From NCBI RefSeq assembly GCF_006345805.1, contig NC_043010.1, forward strand, positions 9,424,001 to 9,488,000: DNA of 64,000 nt, in the 5' to 3' direction. The stretch's first letter is position 1; the number at the start of each line of letters is the position of its first letter. The position numbers and the translations under genes are program-made. The notes under the pieces are model-generated. The model did no database searches. It saw only the letters and a list, made by a program, of their open reading frames with translations, and was not told where the DNA came from. Of this stretch, positions 50,666 to 63,415 are shown in pieces. The DNA is from Octopus sinensis. Lineage: Eukaryota.

Positions 50666-51658
50666 TTGTTTGTTTGATAGGGATAATACATTGTAACTAC
50701 AAGTCTTGTGCTCACTTTCAGCTGACAAACTCAACCAGTTTCTAGAGTATCCAGGAATTATTCTTTTTGATGGAGTGGGTACTATGACATAGAATTTCTT
50801 GTATTGCATTTTGGTAAAATGGTGTAATGGTTCTTAACTCATTACATATGGATACTGTTGAGATTGAGTTATCCCATTTTGATTATTACAAATAGTGAAG
50901 CTGGAGGATGTAAGAAAATTTGAAGGATTTATGGATATGTTTTAAGAAAATGGAAATGATTTACAAAAATGTAGAACCTGAAGGTCTAAAAATTATACAG
51001 CAAAGATGGTGGAGAAATAAACAGAAAACTGCTAATTGAAGATAAGAATGTGAACTCAAGGAGTTTAAATATAAAGTATCAATGAGTGGATTAATTTGAG
51101 CTGTTGCAAAATTGGGAATATCTATTAATAAATTACAACTAAATAATAAAGAGAGGGAGTGTAATTGTTCCTTACAACTAGTTAAATATTAATCCAACAT
51201 GCTATATGGAAAATAGCATGGAATGGTAAAGACTTGAAAATATTAAAGGGTGTATTAAGTATAGTGAAATTAGAGGGAAACAAAGTGTATCACTGTTCTT
51301 AGCAAAATTCTAAAGATTGGTCCAGTAAATCAGGTGGCGGTATGATCATCCTGTATTGAAGAAAGTATTTGCTGAAGTGACAATATTTAATGAAAATCTC
51401 TGATCTAACAATTAGACTAGTTTTTGAATTTATGAATTTATTAAAATTTTACAGTATGAAGATCTTCTCAACTGTACATTTAAACAATATTTTAAGTTCA
51501 TTTCTGTGGCCTGAATATATCAAGAATTTTCTACTTTATGTTGAAATCAGAATGTATCTACTTGCAAACTCAAACATTATTTAATAGATTTGCTCTATTT
51601 TCTTTTCTATATTTCTGAAGGAACAAGATTTGTTCTAGTATCATTGCTTAAAACTTAC

Positions 51659-51715
51659 CTCCATCATACCTATGTGGTGTTTTAAGCATGGTGTTATGAT
51701 TTGAGATGGCAATAG
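51659..51715 (-). CDS. Candidate isolated 57-nt exon of an unknown host gene
   Basis: Minus strand ttcatttcaatcag|CTATTGCC...GATGGAG|gtaagt. Length is a multiple of 3 and two frames are open (LLPSQIITPCLKHHIGMME or IAISNHNTMLKTPHRYDG). No homolog recognised. Confidence 0.3.
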
Positions 51716-52304
51716 CTGATTGAAATGAATCACCAACATTTTAATTCTTTATTATATTCACTCTAGAATGATTCAAACAGAGTATAGAAACAGTGAAGTA
51801 ACTACAATAAAAGACTTAGTTTTTGTAATATCCACTGTTCTTATAAGATCTTTACCAAAACTGAATTACTAATTTCTAACACAAGTTTGCAAACATCTAT
51901 TTTGGAATTAAATATAGTTACTTATATTGAGCCCAATACCTGACAAGTACATTATTTCATGAAATTCAGAAGACTGTAAGCTAAAGTAACTTCTGTAGGA
52001 TTCAAACTCTGAGTGTGAAGGGCTACAGCTGCAGCTCTACTATAGGGATAAGGTTTTAAAAATAACAAAATATTCGAGATCAGTTTTTTAAAATGGCAAT
52101 GTCATTTGCATAACAAAATTCATTGAAATATATTTTATTTTTAGTTTTTGAGATATGGACACAGATAATGAAAAAAATGTTTGCCTGTTTCTTCAGATTT
52201 TGTCTAGTATCTCTGAATGTGTCGCTGAATGAGACAAAACAAAGTGAAACTGAGACAGCAAAAATGTAATGTATAATATTTTTTACACAAGGCCCTATAT
52301 GATT

Positions 52305-52640
52305 TAAGTGGACCGTGGACATATTTACAAAGTCAGAAAACAGCACAGCTCCCATGACTTTAGGAAACATTTTTTCACGCTGAGAGTTGCTGAAGCATGG
52401 AACAAGCTGCCAGCATCAGTTGTTAGTTGTCGGAGCACTGCATCCTTTAAAACTTCCATGCTTTCTGAGATTCGCCAACACTACACCTGATTTCCTCCCC
52501 TCCATACACACACAAGCATGTATCTGACTCGTACACTGTTCGCTATCCAGACATTTGTGCATTACTGCATATACTTTATACACACTTTTTGACAAGTTGT
52601 GGTGCACTTGAGCACTGTATACAATAATTTCATTATTATT
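52305..52640 (+). mobile_element. CR1/L2-type LINE 3' end
   Basis: GHIYKVRKQ...RKHFFTLRVAEAWNKLPASVV...FK, typical of the CR1/L2 ORF2 C-terminus; (ATT)n tail. Confidence 0.85.
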
Positions 52641-52662
52641 TTTTTTTTTTTATTGTAAACGT

Positions 52663-52805
52663 TATTTGCCAACATAACACAGCAGTCCTGGTTTAGGACA
52701 AACATTACTGTTATTTAGCCCCATAGCTGGTGGCGGTGGGGGGGGGGGGCTAAATAACAGTAACATTCATCCTAAACCAGAACTGCCATGTTATGTTGGC
52801 AAATA
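52663..52805. repeat. 60-bp-arm hairpin with 7 transition mismatches
   Basis: 52663-52722 vs the reverse complement of 52746-52805. Confidence 0.95.
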
Positions 52806-52814
52806 TTCTTTACT

Positions 52815-53034
52815 TTAACCCTTTAGCATTCATATTATTCTGTCAAGTGTAATGTTTATTTATTAACCTTGTTTCGAATTAATCTCACATTATCTTGTAG
52901 CTCTGAGATTTCAATGATGTAGTTGTCTATTTTTGAAGTGACAATGCAAGGTAGGTGTGAAAAGCCAGATCTGGCCAGTTTGAACATAGAACCATTTTGG
53001 CCGAATATGACTGGTTTAAGCACTAAAGGGCTAG
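52815..53034 (+). mobile_element. piggyBac-type MITE
   Basis: TTAA-ccctttag ... ctaaaggg-(ctag); related copies at 20520-20860. Confidence 0.65.
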
Positions 53035-53149
53035 AGTACTCTTACTGAATGTCTCACATTGAGAGATTTACAAAGAGAAATTTTCTATTTGATATATTTA
53101 TTTGTTCGGATATTCTCACAGCATTTTTTGATGTTCATTACTAATATTC

Positions 53150-53660
53150 TTGACACATTGGCAATATCCTCCTTGCCTGGATTTGTTGACTTGCAAGCCA
53201 CATGGTAACCTCAACAGTGCCAGTGGCATGAGAAAAAAAGCACCCAGTGTACACTGTAGAGCGGCTGGCTTTGGGAAATGACATCCAATAAAAGAAACCA
53301 TGTCAAAGCAGATATTGAAGTACAGTGCATTTCTGGACTCATCAGATCTTTGTCAAATCATCCAACCCATACCAGCATGGAACCTGGATGTTAAATGATG
53401 ACAATGACGATGACGACGATGACAACGATAATGACGACAGTGATGACAATGAAGATATTATATTCATTCACATATTTTACATATAAGCACCCACTACACT
53501 CACGGAGTGGTTGGCGTTAGGAAGGGCATCCAGCTGTAGAAACACTGCCAGAACAGACTGGAGCCTGGTGCAGCCTCCTGGCTTCCCAGACCCCGGTTGA
53601 ACCGTCCAACCCATGCTAGCATGGAAAACGGACGTTAAACAATGATGATGATGATGATGA
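53150..53660 (+). mobile_element. Two family D tails (old 53150-53450, young 53498-53660)
   Basis: Both end gttaaa..(GAT/GAC)n; the young copy is nearly identical to 40478-40645. Confidence 0.8.
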
Positions 53661-54452
53661 TGAATTCAGTTTTAAATATTTTTGAAATCTACTATATTAA
53701 TTATGTCATTATATCCTTGAAATCTAATGTATTACTTGTATGGTTGTCCTACAATGCACCTGTGATAATGGTTTCATTATTTGTAAACCACTCACACATT
53801 AACTTGGTTTGCCTTCAGTGTCACAGCCACATCACACATAACTTGATGCTATTGTTAAAGGTAATTAAACAACCATCTCCATTGTCATAAAGATATTTTG
53901 GTTTAGGCTTACACAACCAAGTATCTCATACTTGGTAATGAAAATTGTGTAGACAAGGAAAATTTTCAAAGTGAGAGAATATGGATTATTCTAATCCAAT
54001 TAAAACCAAACCGCTTAAAAGAGATGAATTCAGTTATACTATTTTTGAGAGGATTTGAGAATTCTTATAAACTGCTGACTCATAAGTTGTAAGCTAAGTA
54101 TTTACTTCCCTTAAAGGGGAGATAATTAAAAATGGTTATTATTTATGCAAATGAGAATGCCAGAGAATAGAATAAATGCATAAAATTTAGAAACAAAATA
54201 CTGTAAGTACAGATACCCCAAAACATAATGTGAGGGTGTGCTTGCAACATGTAATCTGGAAGATAAAGCTGTGGTAATAAAAGCAAATGTAATGTAAATG
54301 TATTTGTCGAGAAGATAATGTAAATTATAAATGCTTCAAGGAAGATTTCCGTTTTCAAGATAAAGAAAGGAGAATAATATAAAAATATGTGTTATACAGG
54401 AGCTACAGTTAATAATGGATGAAGGAAGTGGGTAGGTATGCAGTAATTTGCA

Positions 54453-54556
54453 TTCTCTCATCAGTCAAATTTCCAAATTATCCTTACAGTTTCGGCCAGT
54501 CAAGTGTAACTGGTCGAAACTGTAAGGATAATCTAGAAACTTAACTGAGGAGAAAA
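54453..54556. repeat. 48-bp-arm hairpin with 8-nt loop
   Basis: The inner 24 bp have one mismatch (attatccttacagtttcggccagt / actggtcgaaactgtaaggataat); 7 mismatches overall. Confidence 0.9.
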
Positions 54557-54713
54557 GGCTACTAATGACCCATCCTTGTTTTTTCCTGTCCGTCTTTGTA
54601 TCGTCTATCTGTCCAGATGTTTTATTGTCATCTGTTGCATTCTTGTTCCATTATTTGGATTTATATATATATATGGTAGTGTACATACACTTTTACTCAC
54701 CTCATATATATAG

Positions 54714-54767
<54 letters not shown>

Positions 54768-55189
54768 ATATTATACATATACATATATATATAATATATA
54801 TATATATATGTATATATATATTTGGTGGGTGTGTCATTTACGACCAGTTTTTTATTCAAGAATTATTCAAAAATAAAACACCAAAATAGAATAAAACGAT
54901 CGTTAATGTCATTAATTATGTACCAGCCTAATACACACACACACTCATGCAGACACGCATATACACATATAATTTTACAGACATACATATACATCCATAT
55001 GCATAGAGTCAAAAGGTCAGGTGTAGAGATACTCAATATAGAAAACAAATAGTATTCAAATGATTCGAAATTACACTCCAGAATCTTTATTGATAATTAG
55101 GTCCAAAGGATAAATAGTAAGAGAAATCCAGGTGAGCTGATAGAGATATTGATGCAGGTAGTGAGTTATGTATGTATCTCTCTACGTAT

Positions 55190-55223
55190 ATCTATGTGTA
55201 TCCATGTGTGTATATACATATAC

Positions 55224-55255
<32 letters not shown>

Positions 55256-55371
55256 GAAGCGTAATCATGTTTATCTGCATCACTGTCTACATGTATGCAT
55301 ATGTATATACATGTATGTATAAGTAGGTTTGTGTATCTACATATATAAATGTAAATACATATGTGTGTGTG

Positions 55372-55425
<54 letters not shown>

Positions 55426-55508
55426 TGTATATATACATACATATATATATATACATACATATATATACATACAAATATACATATATGTGCATATATGCAT
55501 AAATAGAT

Positions 55509-55577
<69 letters not shown>

Positions 55578-55582
55578 TAAAC

Positions 55583-55615
<33 letters not shown>

Positions 55616-55715
55616 GAGAATGGAGAATTAGTCTTGTTGGGTACCTATCTAGCAGTATATTGGATATACATTATCCCATGGTGGGTTGAATTTTCAACCC
55701 CTATCTCATTTTATA

Positions 55716-55769
<54 letters not shown>

Positions 55770-55770
55770 A
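55190..55770. repeat. (TA)n/(TATG)n microsatellite tracts
   Basis: Direct reading. Confidence 0.95.
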
Positions 55771-56422
55771 TGCATATATAAAGTTAAGTTTAGTATGTCT
55801 CCAAGACACCAATTAGACTTTCTCACTAACTGCTGGTCTTCGTGTTATTGAATATTTTTTTGTAGGCTTTCCATTTATTGTCTTTGCATATATTTCTATA
55901 TTTCTGCTATATCATAAGCTGTCCGATCATTACTGCTGGGGGTTTTATCCATCTGGCTGTATCTAATCAAAATTCTTCAGACAATATATTATTTTTGCAG
56001 GTAGTTTAGAAATTCCCTGAGCAATTCTTCATTAATCCACAAATACAACAGGAAGATGAAAAGCATTTGGTATAAAGAAACAAATTTTCTTAGGTTTAAA
56101 ATATATTCCTATAGTGTTGTGAAACTTGGAGAATGCATTCCATGTTGCCTGCAGAATTAATTTTATGAGCTTAAATATAACCAAAGTTGAATTTGCTTTT
56201 CACATCATTGTTAAAATAAAATGCAATGTGAATACTCTGAATGAATTAAGTGGCTGTACCCATCCTTCACATCTGTGTCTTGGTGCTTATGTAATAAATA
56301 AATCAATATTACTAATTTCTGATTAGCACACCAGGCAGTATGCTCAGTGACATTCCATCAGTCTTCATGCTCTGAGTTCAAATACCACTGGGATTGACTT
56401 TGCAATTCATCCATTTGATGGT

Positions 56423-56824
56423 TTACTCTTTTACTTGTTTCAGTCATTTGACTGTGGCCATGCTGGAGCACCACTTTTAGTCGAGCAAATCGACCACAAA
56501 GCTTATTTTTTTGTAAGCCTAGTACTTATTCTATCAGTCTTATTGCCGAACCGCTAAGTTATGGGGACATAAACACACCAGCATCGGTTGTCAAGCGTTG
56601 TTGGAGAGGGACAAACACAGACACACAAACACACAAACACACACATATATATACATATACATATATACAATGGGCTTCTTTCAGTTTCCGTCTACCAAAT
56701 CCACTCACAAGGCTTTGGTCGGCCCGAGGCTATAGTAGAAGACACTTGCCCAAGGTGCCATGCAGTGAGACACAACCATGTGGTTGGTAAGCAAGCTACT
56801 TACCACACAGCCACTCCTGTGCCT
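56423..56824 (-). mobile_element. SINE family A
   Basis: Family consensus. Confidence 0.9.
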
Positions 56825-57163
56825 ATTTGAGTCAACCTCTCACTGAATGTGCTGGTCTTGAGCTAAAATTTGCAAACAATATTATTAATTTATTAATAGT
56901 TGTCTAACTACACAAATATGCAATTAAATGTATAAGTGTCGTGATGGCTAGAAACATGACTACCATTTTGTTTAGAAATAAAGATTCCTAATTCTTATCC
57001 AAGGATAGGACATCTGATCATGATCAGAGATCAAGCAAAGGCTTACATATTGACTACATAGACATAAGGCCATTGATCTGAAGGTAGGTGTGTAGGTGGA
57101 TATATTGATCCAATACTTAATTGATTTTATTAATCCTATAAAGCTGTAAGGCAAAGTTGAAAT

Positions 57164-57377
57164 TTACTCTTTTTACTCTTTTACTTGTTTCAGTCATTTG
57201 ACTGTGGCCATGCTGGAGCACCGCCTTTAGTCAAGTAAATCGACCCCAGGACTTATTCTTTGTAAGCCTAGTACTTATTCTATCGGTCTCTTTTGCTGAA
57301 CTACTAAGTTACGGCGGCATAAACACACCAGCATCGGTTGTCAAGCGATGTTGGGGGGACAAACACTGACACACAAG

Positions 57378-57414
<37 letters not shown>

Positions 57415-57577
57415 GCAAATATACGATGGGATTTTTTCAGTTTCCATCTACCAAATCCACTCACAAGGCTTTGGTCAGCCCAAGGCTATAGTGGAAGACA
57501 CTTGCCCAAGGTGCCACGCAGTGCGACTGAACCTGGAACCATGTGGCTGGTAAGCAAGCTACATACCACACAGCCAC
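57164..57577 (-). mobile_element. SINE family A
   Basis: Family consensus. Confidence 0.9.
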
Positions 57578-57870
57578 AGAACATAAAAGGTCTTGACCAT
57601 AAATTGCAAAGGATTTGCATATTGTGCTACCAATTTTGTTAATTTATAACCTTGTGTAAATATTAGTTTCAAATTCTGGCACAAGGCCAGAAATTTTGGG
57701 GTATGGGCTTAAATATTGGTTTCAAATTTTGGCACAAAGCCAACAGTTTTGAAGGCAAAGTTAAGTCAATTACATCAACCCCAGCAATCAACTGGTACTT
57801 ATTTGATCAATCCTGAAAGGATGAAAAGTAAAGTTTACCTCAGCGGGATTTGAACAACAACAACAACAAC

Positions 57871-57907
<37 letters not shown>

Positions 57908-57924
57908 TAATAATAATAATAATA

Positions 57925-58963
57925 GGATACCCAAACTGAACAACTCGAGGGAAGTACGGCAACTATTGTTGCAAAGAAGGTGAAAATGATGGCAATGAAA
58001 AAAGCGCACGAGCAATTGGCTGATAGGTGGGAGGAGAAACCTCTGCACGGCAAATATGTGACCCGCAGCAAACAAGCTGATGTTGACCAGAAGCAAACCC
58101 ATCAGTGGCTGCGGAGCTCAGGGCTAAAAGCAGAGAGCGAAGGTTTCATCCTGGCTGCTCAAGACCAAAGCCTATTAACCCGGAACTACCAGGCCAATGT
58201 GATGAAAAATGGAGCAGACCCAAAATGCCGATTCTGCAACGACATGATTGAAACAGTGGACCACCTAATCTCTGGATGTAAAGTCTTAGCACCAGTGGAG
58301 TATAAATTAAGACATGACAGAGTTGGCCAATATCTCCACTGGCTAATAAGTCGGCATTACAATATCAAAACTGCCGACAAGTGTATAATCACCACCCTGA
58401 GGCTGTAACTGAAGGAGAAAATGTAACCATTCTTGGGGCTTTCCAGTACATACAGACCGAACCATCAAGGCAATAAACCAGATATTGTTGTGAAAGACCA
58501 AAACAATAAAGTTTGCTTATTGATCGACATGAGCATCCCTGTGATCATAATATCTCAGCGAAAGAGTTTGACAAGCTCAGAAAATATAAAGACCTACTCA
58601 TTGAAATTGAGAAAATGTGCATCTCAAGGCGGTTACAATACCAGTGATCGTAGGAGCACTAGGAATGATCAAGAGAGGGAACCGAAAATTATATGAGAAT
58701 GATCCCTGCTTACCATCCCTGCAAGAAGTGCAAAAGATTGTCTTAACTGGTACATCACACGTATTGAGAAGAGCATTGTCGATGTGAGAACTGTTGCTGC
58801 TCATGTATTTTAATTTAACTTTAAAAAAAAAAAAAAAAAAAAATGAACGAACTACTGAGTTTGGTTTAATGGCCTACCAATATACACTATGAGTTTCTTT
58901 GCCCTAGGAGTCGGGAAGACACTCGGCAAGAAATGGAAGAAAATTTGAAAGAAGAAAAAAAAA

Positions 58964-58964
<1 letters not shown>
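57925..58964 (+). mobile_element. 5'-truncated RLE-endonuclease LINE (R4/Dong-like) in (TAA)n
   Basis: KPLHG..., CRFC..MIETVDHLISGC zinc knuckle, RHD motif, then frameshifted PDIVVKD...LIDMSIP; (TAA)n on both sides. Confidence 0.9.
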
Positions 58965-58995
<31 letters not shown>

Positions 58996-59242
58996 CAAAA
59001 TCATTATCATCGTCATCATTATTATTATTACAGAAGGTGTGCTGGCAGACTTGTTGGCATGCCAGACAAAACGTTTCACAACATTTCTTCCATCTTTACA
59101 TTCTGAGTTCAAATTCCACTGCGAATAACTTGACCTCTTATCCTTTCAGAGTTGATAAGAAAAGTGCCAGTTGAGGACTGGGTTGATGCAGTCAACTTAT
59201 CCCCTCCTATGAACTTGCTGGCCGTGAGCCAAAATTTGAAAC

Positions 59243-59309
<67 letters not shown>

Positions 59310-60042
59310 GAGTGAGAGAGCAGTGCATGCCATTAAAATGACAGTAGGATAAAATATACAAAGCCCAGTATACCCATCGTGACTACCCGTCTGATAAGAG
59401 TACACCAAGCACATGCATCACGACCATATGTGCACGACATGGTGATCTCATAACAAGATAAACAGCGCATGACCTTGCAGGTGGGGCCCAGTTAGAATTT
59501 TCATCTGGTCGAGTAGCCTATCCTGCTCAAAAGGTCCCTGAATTAGGATTGTTTAAGGTTGTTGAACGAACCATCCATGTTACCAAAGGTTATAACGTGC
59601 TTTCACTTCACTACCGAGTACAGCTCTGTGTGCCTTGGGTATGTACTGTGGTTTGGTTTGATGCTCTTATGGTTACTATATTGAAAGTGTTTTGCGTAGA
59701 ATGTGTGCAGTGCCTAGTAGTGCAATTTTCTGTATGTTATATATATTTGCATTTGTCTGAATATTTTTTTATCATACCTAATGCACCTACTATAATAGGA
59801 ATTGTTTCTGTTTTTAGATTCCACATTCGAGTTACCTTTATTTCCAGGTCTTTGTATTTTGAAAGTTTCTCCATTTCTTTTAGAGAAACGTTGTCATCTG
59901 CTGGTATTGATACATCAATTAGAAAGCATTTTTTTCCTTTATGATCTCTAACAACTATATCTGGCCTATTGGCCTTAATTTCTCTATCTGTGTGTATCGG
60001 CATATCCCAGAGTTTGTTGCTTTCTCATTTTCTGTGACCTAT
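59310..60042 (-). mobile_element. Second R4/Dong-like LINE 3' end in (TTA)n
   Basis: NRPDIVVRDHKGKKCFLIDVSIPAD...EKLSKYKDLE...IPIIVGALG; (TTA)n at 59242-59309 and 60043-60190. Confidence 0.9.
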
Positions 60043-60059
60043 TATTATCATCATTATCA

Positions 60060-60111
<52 letters not shown>

Positions 60112-60149
60112 TATCATTATCATCATCATCATTATTATTATTATTATTA

Positions 60150-60194
<45 letters not shown>

Positions 60195-60889
60195 TGAGCT
60201 GTGAGTTGATGCAATCATAAGTGTGTTTGACAAGGATACCTTATGATGTTTGTTTTGTACTCCTTCCCTGTAGTGTTCCCTTTCACCAAAGTGAATTTTT
60301 GACATACATCCATTTGGGGATAAGATAGGATCAAGTACCAGTTTAGTAATTAAGCTAAATTAATCTATAAAACTACTCTCCTTAACTTTGGGCCTTGTAT
60401 CTGTTATAAACAGTTCATATTATTATATGACATGTTAATATTATCACTGTCAATTCTTAGTAATATTATTAACATAATTTATCATAATTACCATCATAAC
60501 AGTTATGCTAATGAAGAAGTTAACAGCCACAATAAAAATAACTCAACTAAAAATAAGATAAAAAAAATAATTTTCACATTCTTACATTTCTTTTATAATC
60601 ATAGAGAAAATAAATTTTTGCATCTGATATATCTCTAGGATATGTATTTCATTGAATATAAGTTTCATACATTTATTATTTCAAAAACTTTTTGAGGATT
60701 CTAGATATTAAAACAAATAAAATGAAATTATTAAATAAATTTTTCAAGTGTATAAAAAGAAATACTTGCTCTGATTTTCACTCTCTCTTTCCTGATCACA
60801 CGTTCTTTCTTTCTTGCTTTCAAATTTTCTTCTCCGCTTCCCACCGTGATATACAGCCATACATACATATCCATGTATTTCCTCTCTCA

Positions 60890-60969
60890 CTCTCTATACA
60901 TATATATATGCACATACACACACACATATATACATACATATACATATGGATATATACATATATATACAT

Positions 60970-61002
<33 letters not shown>

Positions 61003-61233
61003 CATACATATACACACACACACATATATATAGTAGAATAATAAAAAGAAAGGTCTTGATACAGTATTATATATTTGAAAAATGTGTAGAGGCGGCTTTT
61101 TGGGATGATTTTTACTTTAATAATAAAGTGTACAGTGAGTGACTCTAGAGAAACTGATACCAGAGTCAACCACTGTAAACATTATTATTGAAATAAAAAT
61201 TATCCAAAAAAGCCATTTCTACTCACTTTTTCA

Positions 61234-61290
<57 letters not shown>

Positions 61291-61834
61291 TGTGTGTGTG
61301 TATATATACCATCATCATCATCTTCATTATATATATATACATATATATATATGTATATATATATGTATGTATGCATATATGCATATATATATACACACAC
61401 ACACACATATATATATATACACATACACACACACACACACACACATATTTACATCCATTTGCTGACATACATACACGTGCATATATTTACTCATTTCTTT
61501 ACATTTTAAAGTAAAGTGTATATGTATGTATATATATGTGTGTATGGGGGTGTATGCATATATGTGTATACAAATATATTTGTACACGTATATATATGTA
61601 TACTTGCAATATACATATATATAATATAAACAAATATTTGCTTTATTTATGTACACACATTTTGTGAATATTATACAACAGCACAAAAATATACATGCAC
61701 ACACACACAACACAAACGCACACACACACACACACACACAGCACAAACACACCACAACACACAAATCTGTTTGCTATAAATATATATACGCATATATATA
61801 TAATATATATATATATATATGTGTGTAGATATAT

Positions 61835-61866
<32 letters not shown>

Positions 61867-61881
61867 CATATGTATATGTAT

Positions 61882-61912
<31 letters not shown>

Positions 61913-61915
61913 TAC
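60890..61915. repeat. Compound (CA)n/(TA)n/(TG)n microsatellites
   Basis: Direct reading. Confidence 0.95.
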
Positions 61916-62714
61916 ATTATATGTACTTGGCTATAGAAATTCATTGAAAAATGGAGGAATTATTAAAACAATGCACAGGCGACACATTTCATCCATAAAG
62001 AAAAATATAATGAAAATAGCAAAAGAAAATAAGACCAAAACCAAACCACAATGTAAAAATCTAAAATATATCATATTCAGTTGTAAATATTCTTCAACAT
62101 CATCTGCAATTAAATCTAAAATCTATTGTATGATCATGTAATATCACGATTGTCTGTATACTTCTCATTCCATGCACGAAATATAAAAAAAAGTAGGGAA
62201 AGAGGAGAAAAAAAAAGAGCATAAGAAAACCATGCTGCATTGTCTTTGAAGAATCTTGCCTCTTCAATTAGAATCTCACTCCTATAATCATTGAATGTTG
62301 CAATTATCCCATTTCATGGAACATCATGTCTCTAATAGCAATATAATGGAAACACGAAAACTGAAGTTAAAATCATGGGTATTTTTATTGTTCTTGGAAA
62401 CAAGGCTTCAGCGATTTTCATATTTCTTAAGTAAAGTAAATGTTATATATTGGAGGAACATATATGAAATATTGACTGTATAAAACGTATGTACATATTC
62501 TATTAAACACTGGATTATTTAACATATTCCTGAGCCTGTAGATTTTTTTCTTTTTTTAATCTTTTTGCCTTTGGAATGTACTATGACAGAGCTTCGATGA
62601 TTCATTTGTTGCATCAATCCTCTTCGATATTATTATTTTAACGCTCCAAGAGAATCTGTAGAGACTAAAGGCCATCTCAGACGTATTTCGTGCCACCCAT
62701 GCAATAGTCCAATG

Positions 62715-62932
62715 TGGCAGAAACGTTAGTATGCCGGGCGAAATGCATAGCAGTATTTCGTCTGCCGTTACGTTCTGAGTCCAAATTCCGCCGAGGTCGA
62801 CTTTGCCTTTCATCCTTTCGGGGTCGATAAATTAAGTAGCAGTTATGCACTGGGATCGATATAATCGACTTAATCCGTTTGTCCTTGTTTGTCTTCTCTG
62901 TGTTTAGCCCTTTGTGGGTAGTAAAGAAATAG
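62715..62932 (+). mobile_element. SINE family B
   Basis: Family consensus. Confidence 0.9.
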
Positions 62933-63008
62933 GTATAGATACCAAAGCAATGCAACATTAGTACTGTTTATATTGTATATGTATGATTCTATGTATGTAT
63001 GTCATTAT

Positions 63009-63260
63009 TCAGTTTATTTCAAGATTTCCTGTCAATAAGGAAAGAACTGGTTTCAAACCTAGATCCAAGGCTTTGCAGATTTTTACAGTTCCACTGATGG
63101 ATTGGATCTGTAGTCTTAGATTTAGCTTTCTCTTTTCTGGATTTGAGAAGCCTAATTTCTCAAGATTGATATTTAGGCAGTGTAGTGCATATCCCACTGC
63201 CCCAATAATTACAGGTATAAACCTGAACCTCGGATAGAGTAACAGTAGATTTCTCAATAG
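63009..63260 (-). pseudogene. Third RLE-LINE C-terminal fragment
   Basis: FRFIPVIIGAVG...LEKLGF...LQIQSISGTVKI resembles the RLE C-terminal IPIIVGALG...GT..I. Confidence 0.7.
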
Positions 63261-63381
63261 TTCAGCATAGGTATGTTTTTATGTACATACATATATAAAT
63301 ATGTATATATGTGTGTGTGAATACATGTATTTATGTGTGAATATACATATATATATGTATATATATATATATATATACATT

Positions 63382-63415
<34 letters not shown>

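Noticed and set aside
53328-53346. CUGAUGAGUCC on the minus strand (classic hammerhead start)
   Set aside because: No GGAC-GAAA partner or stem I; lies within a family D tail.
54440-54560. Type II hammerhead order (GAAAC...CUGANGA) on both strands
   Set aside because: Stem I cannot form; the double occurrence follows from the inverted repeat.
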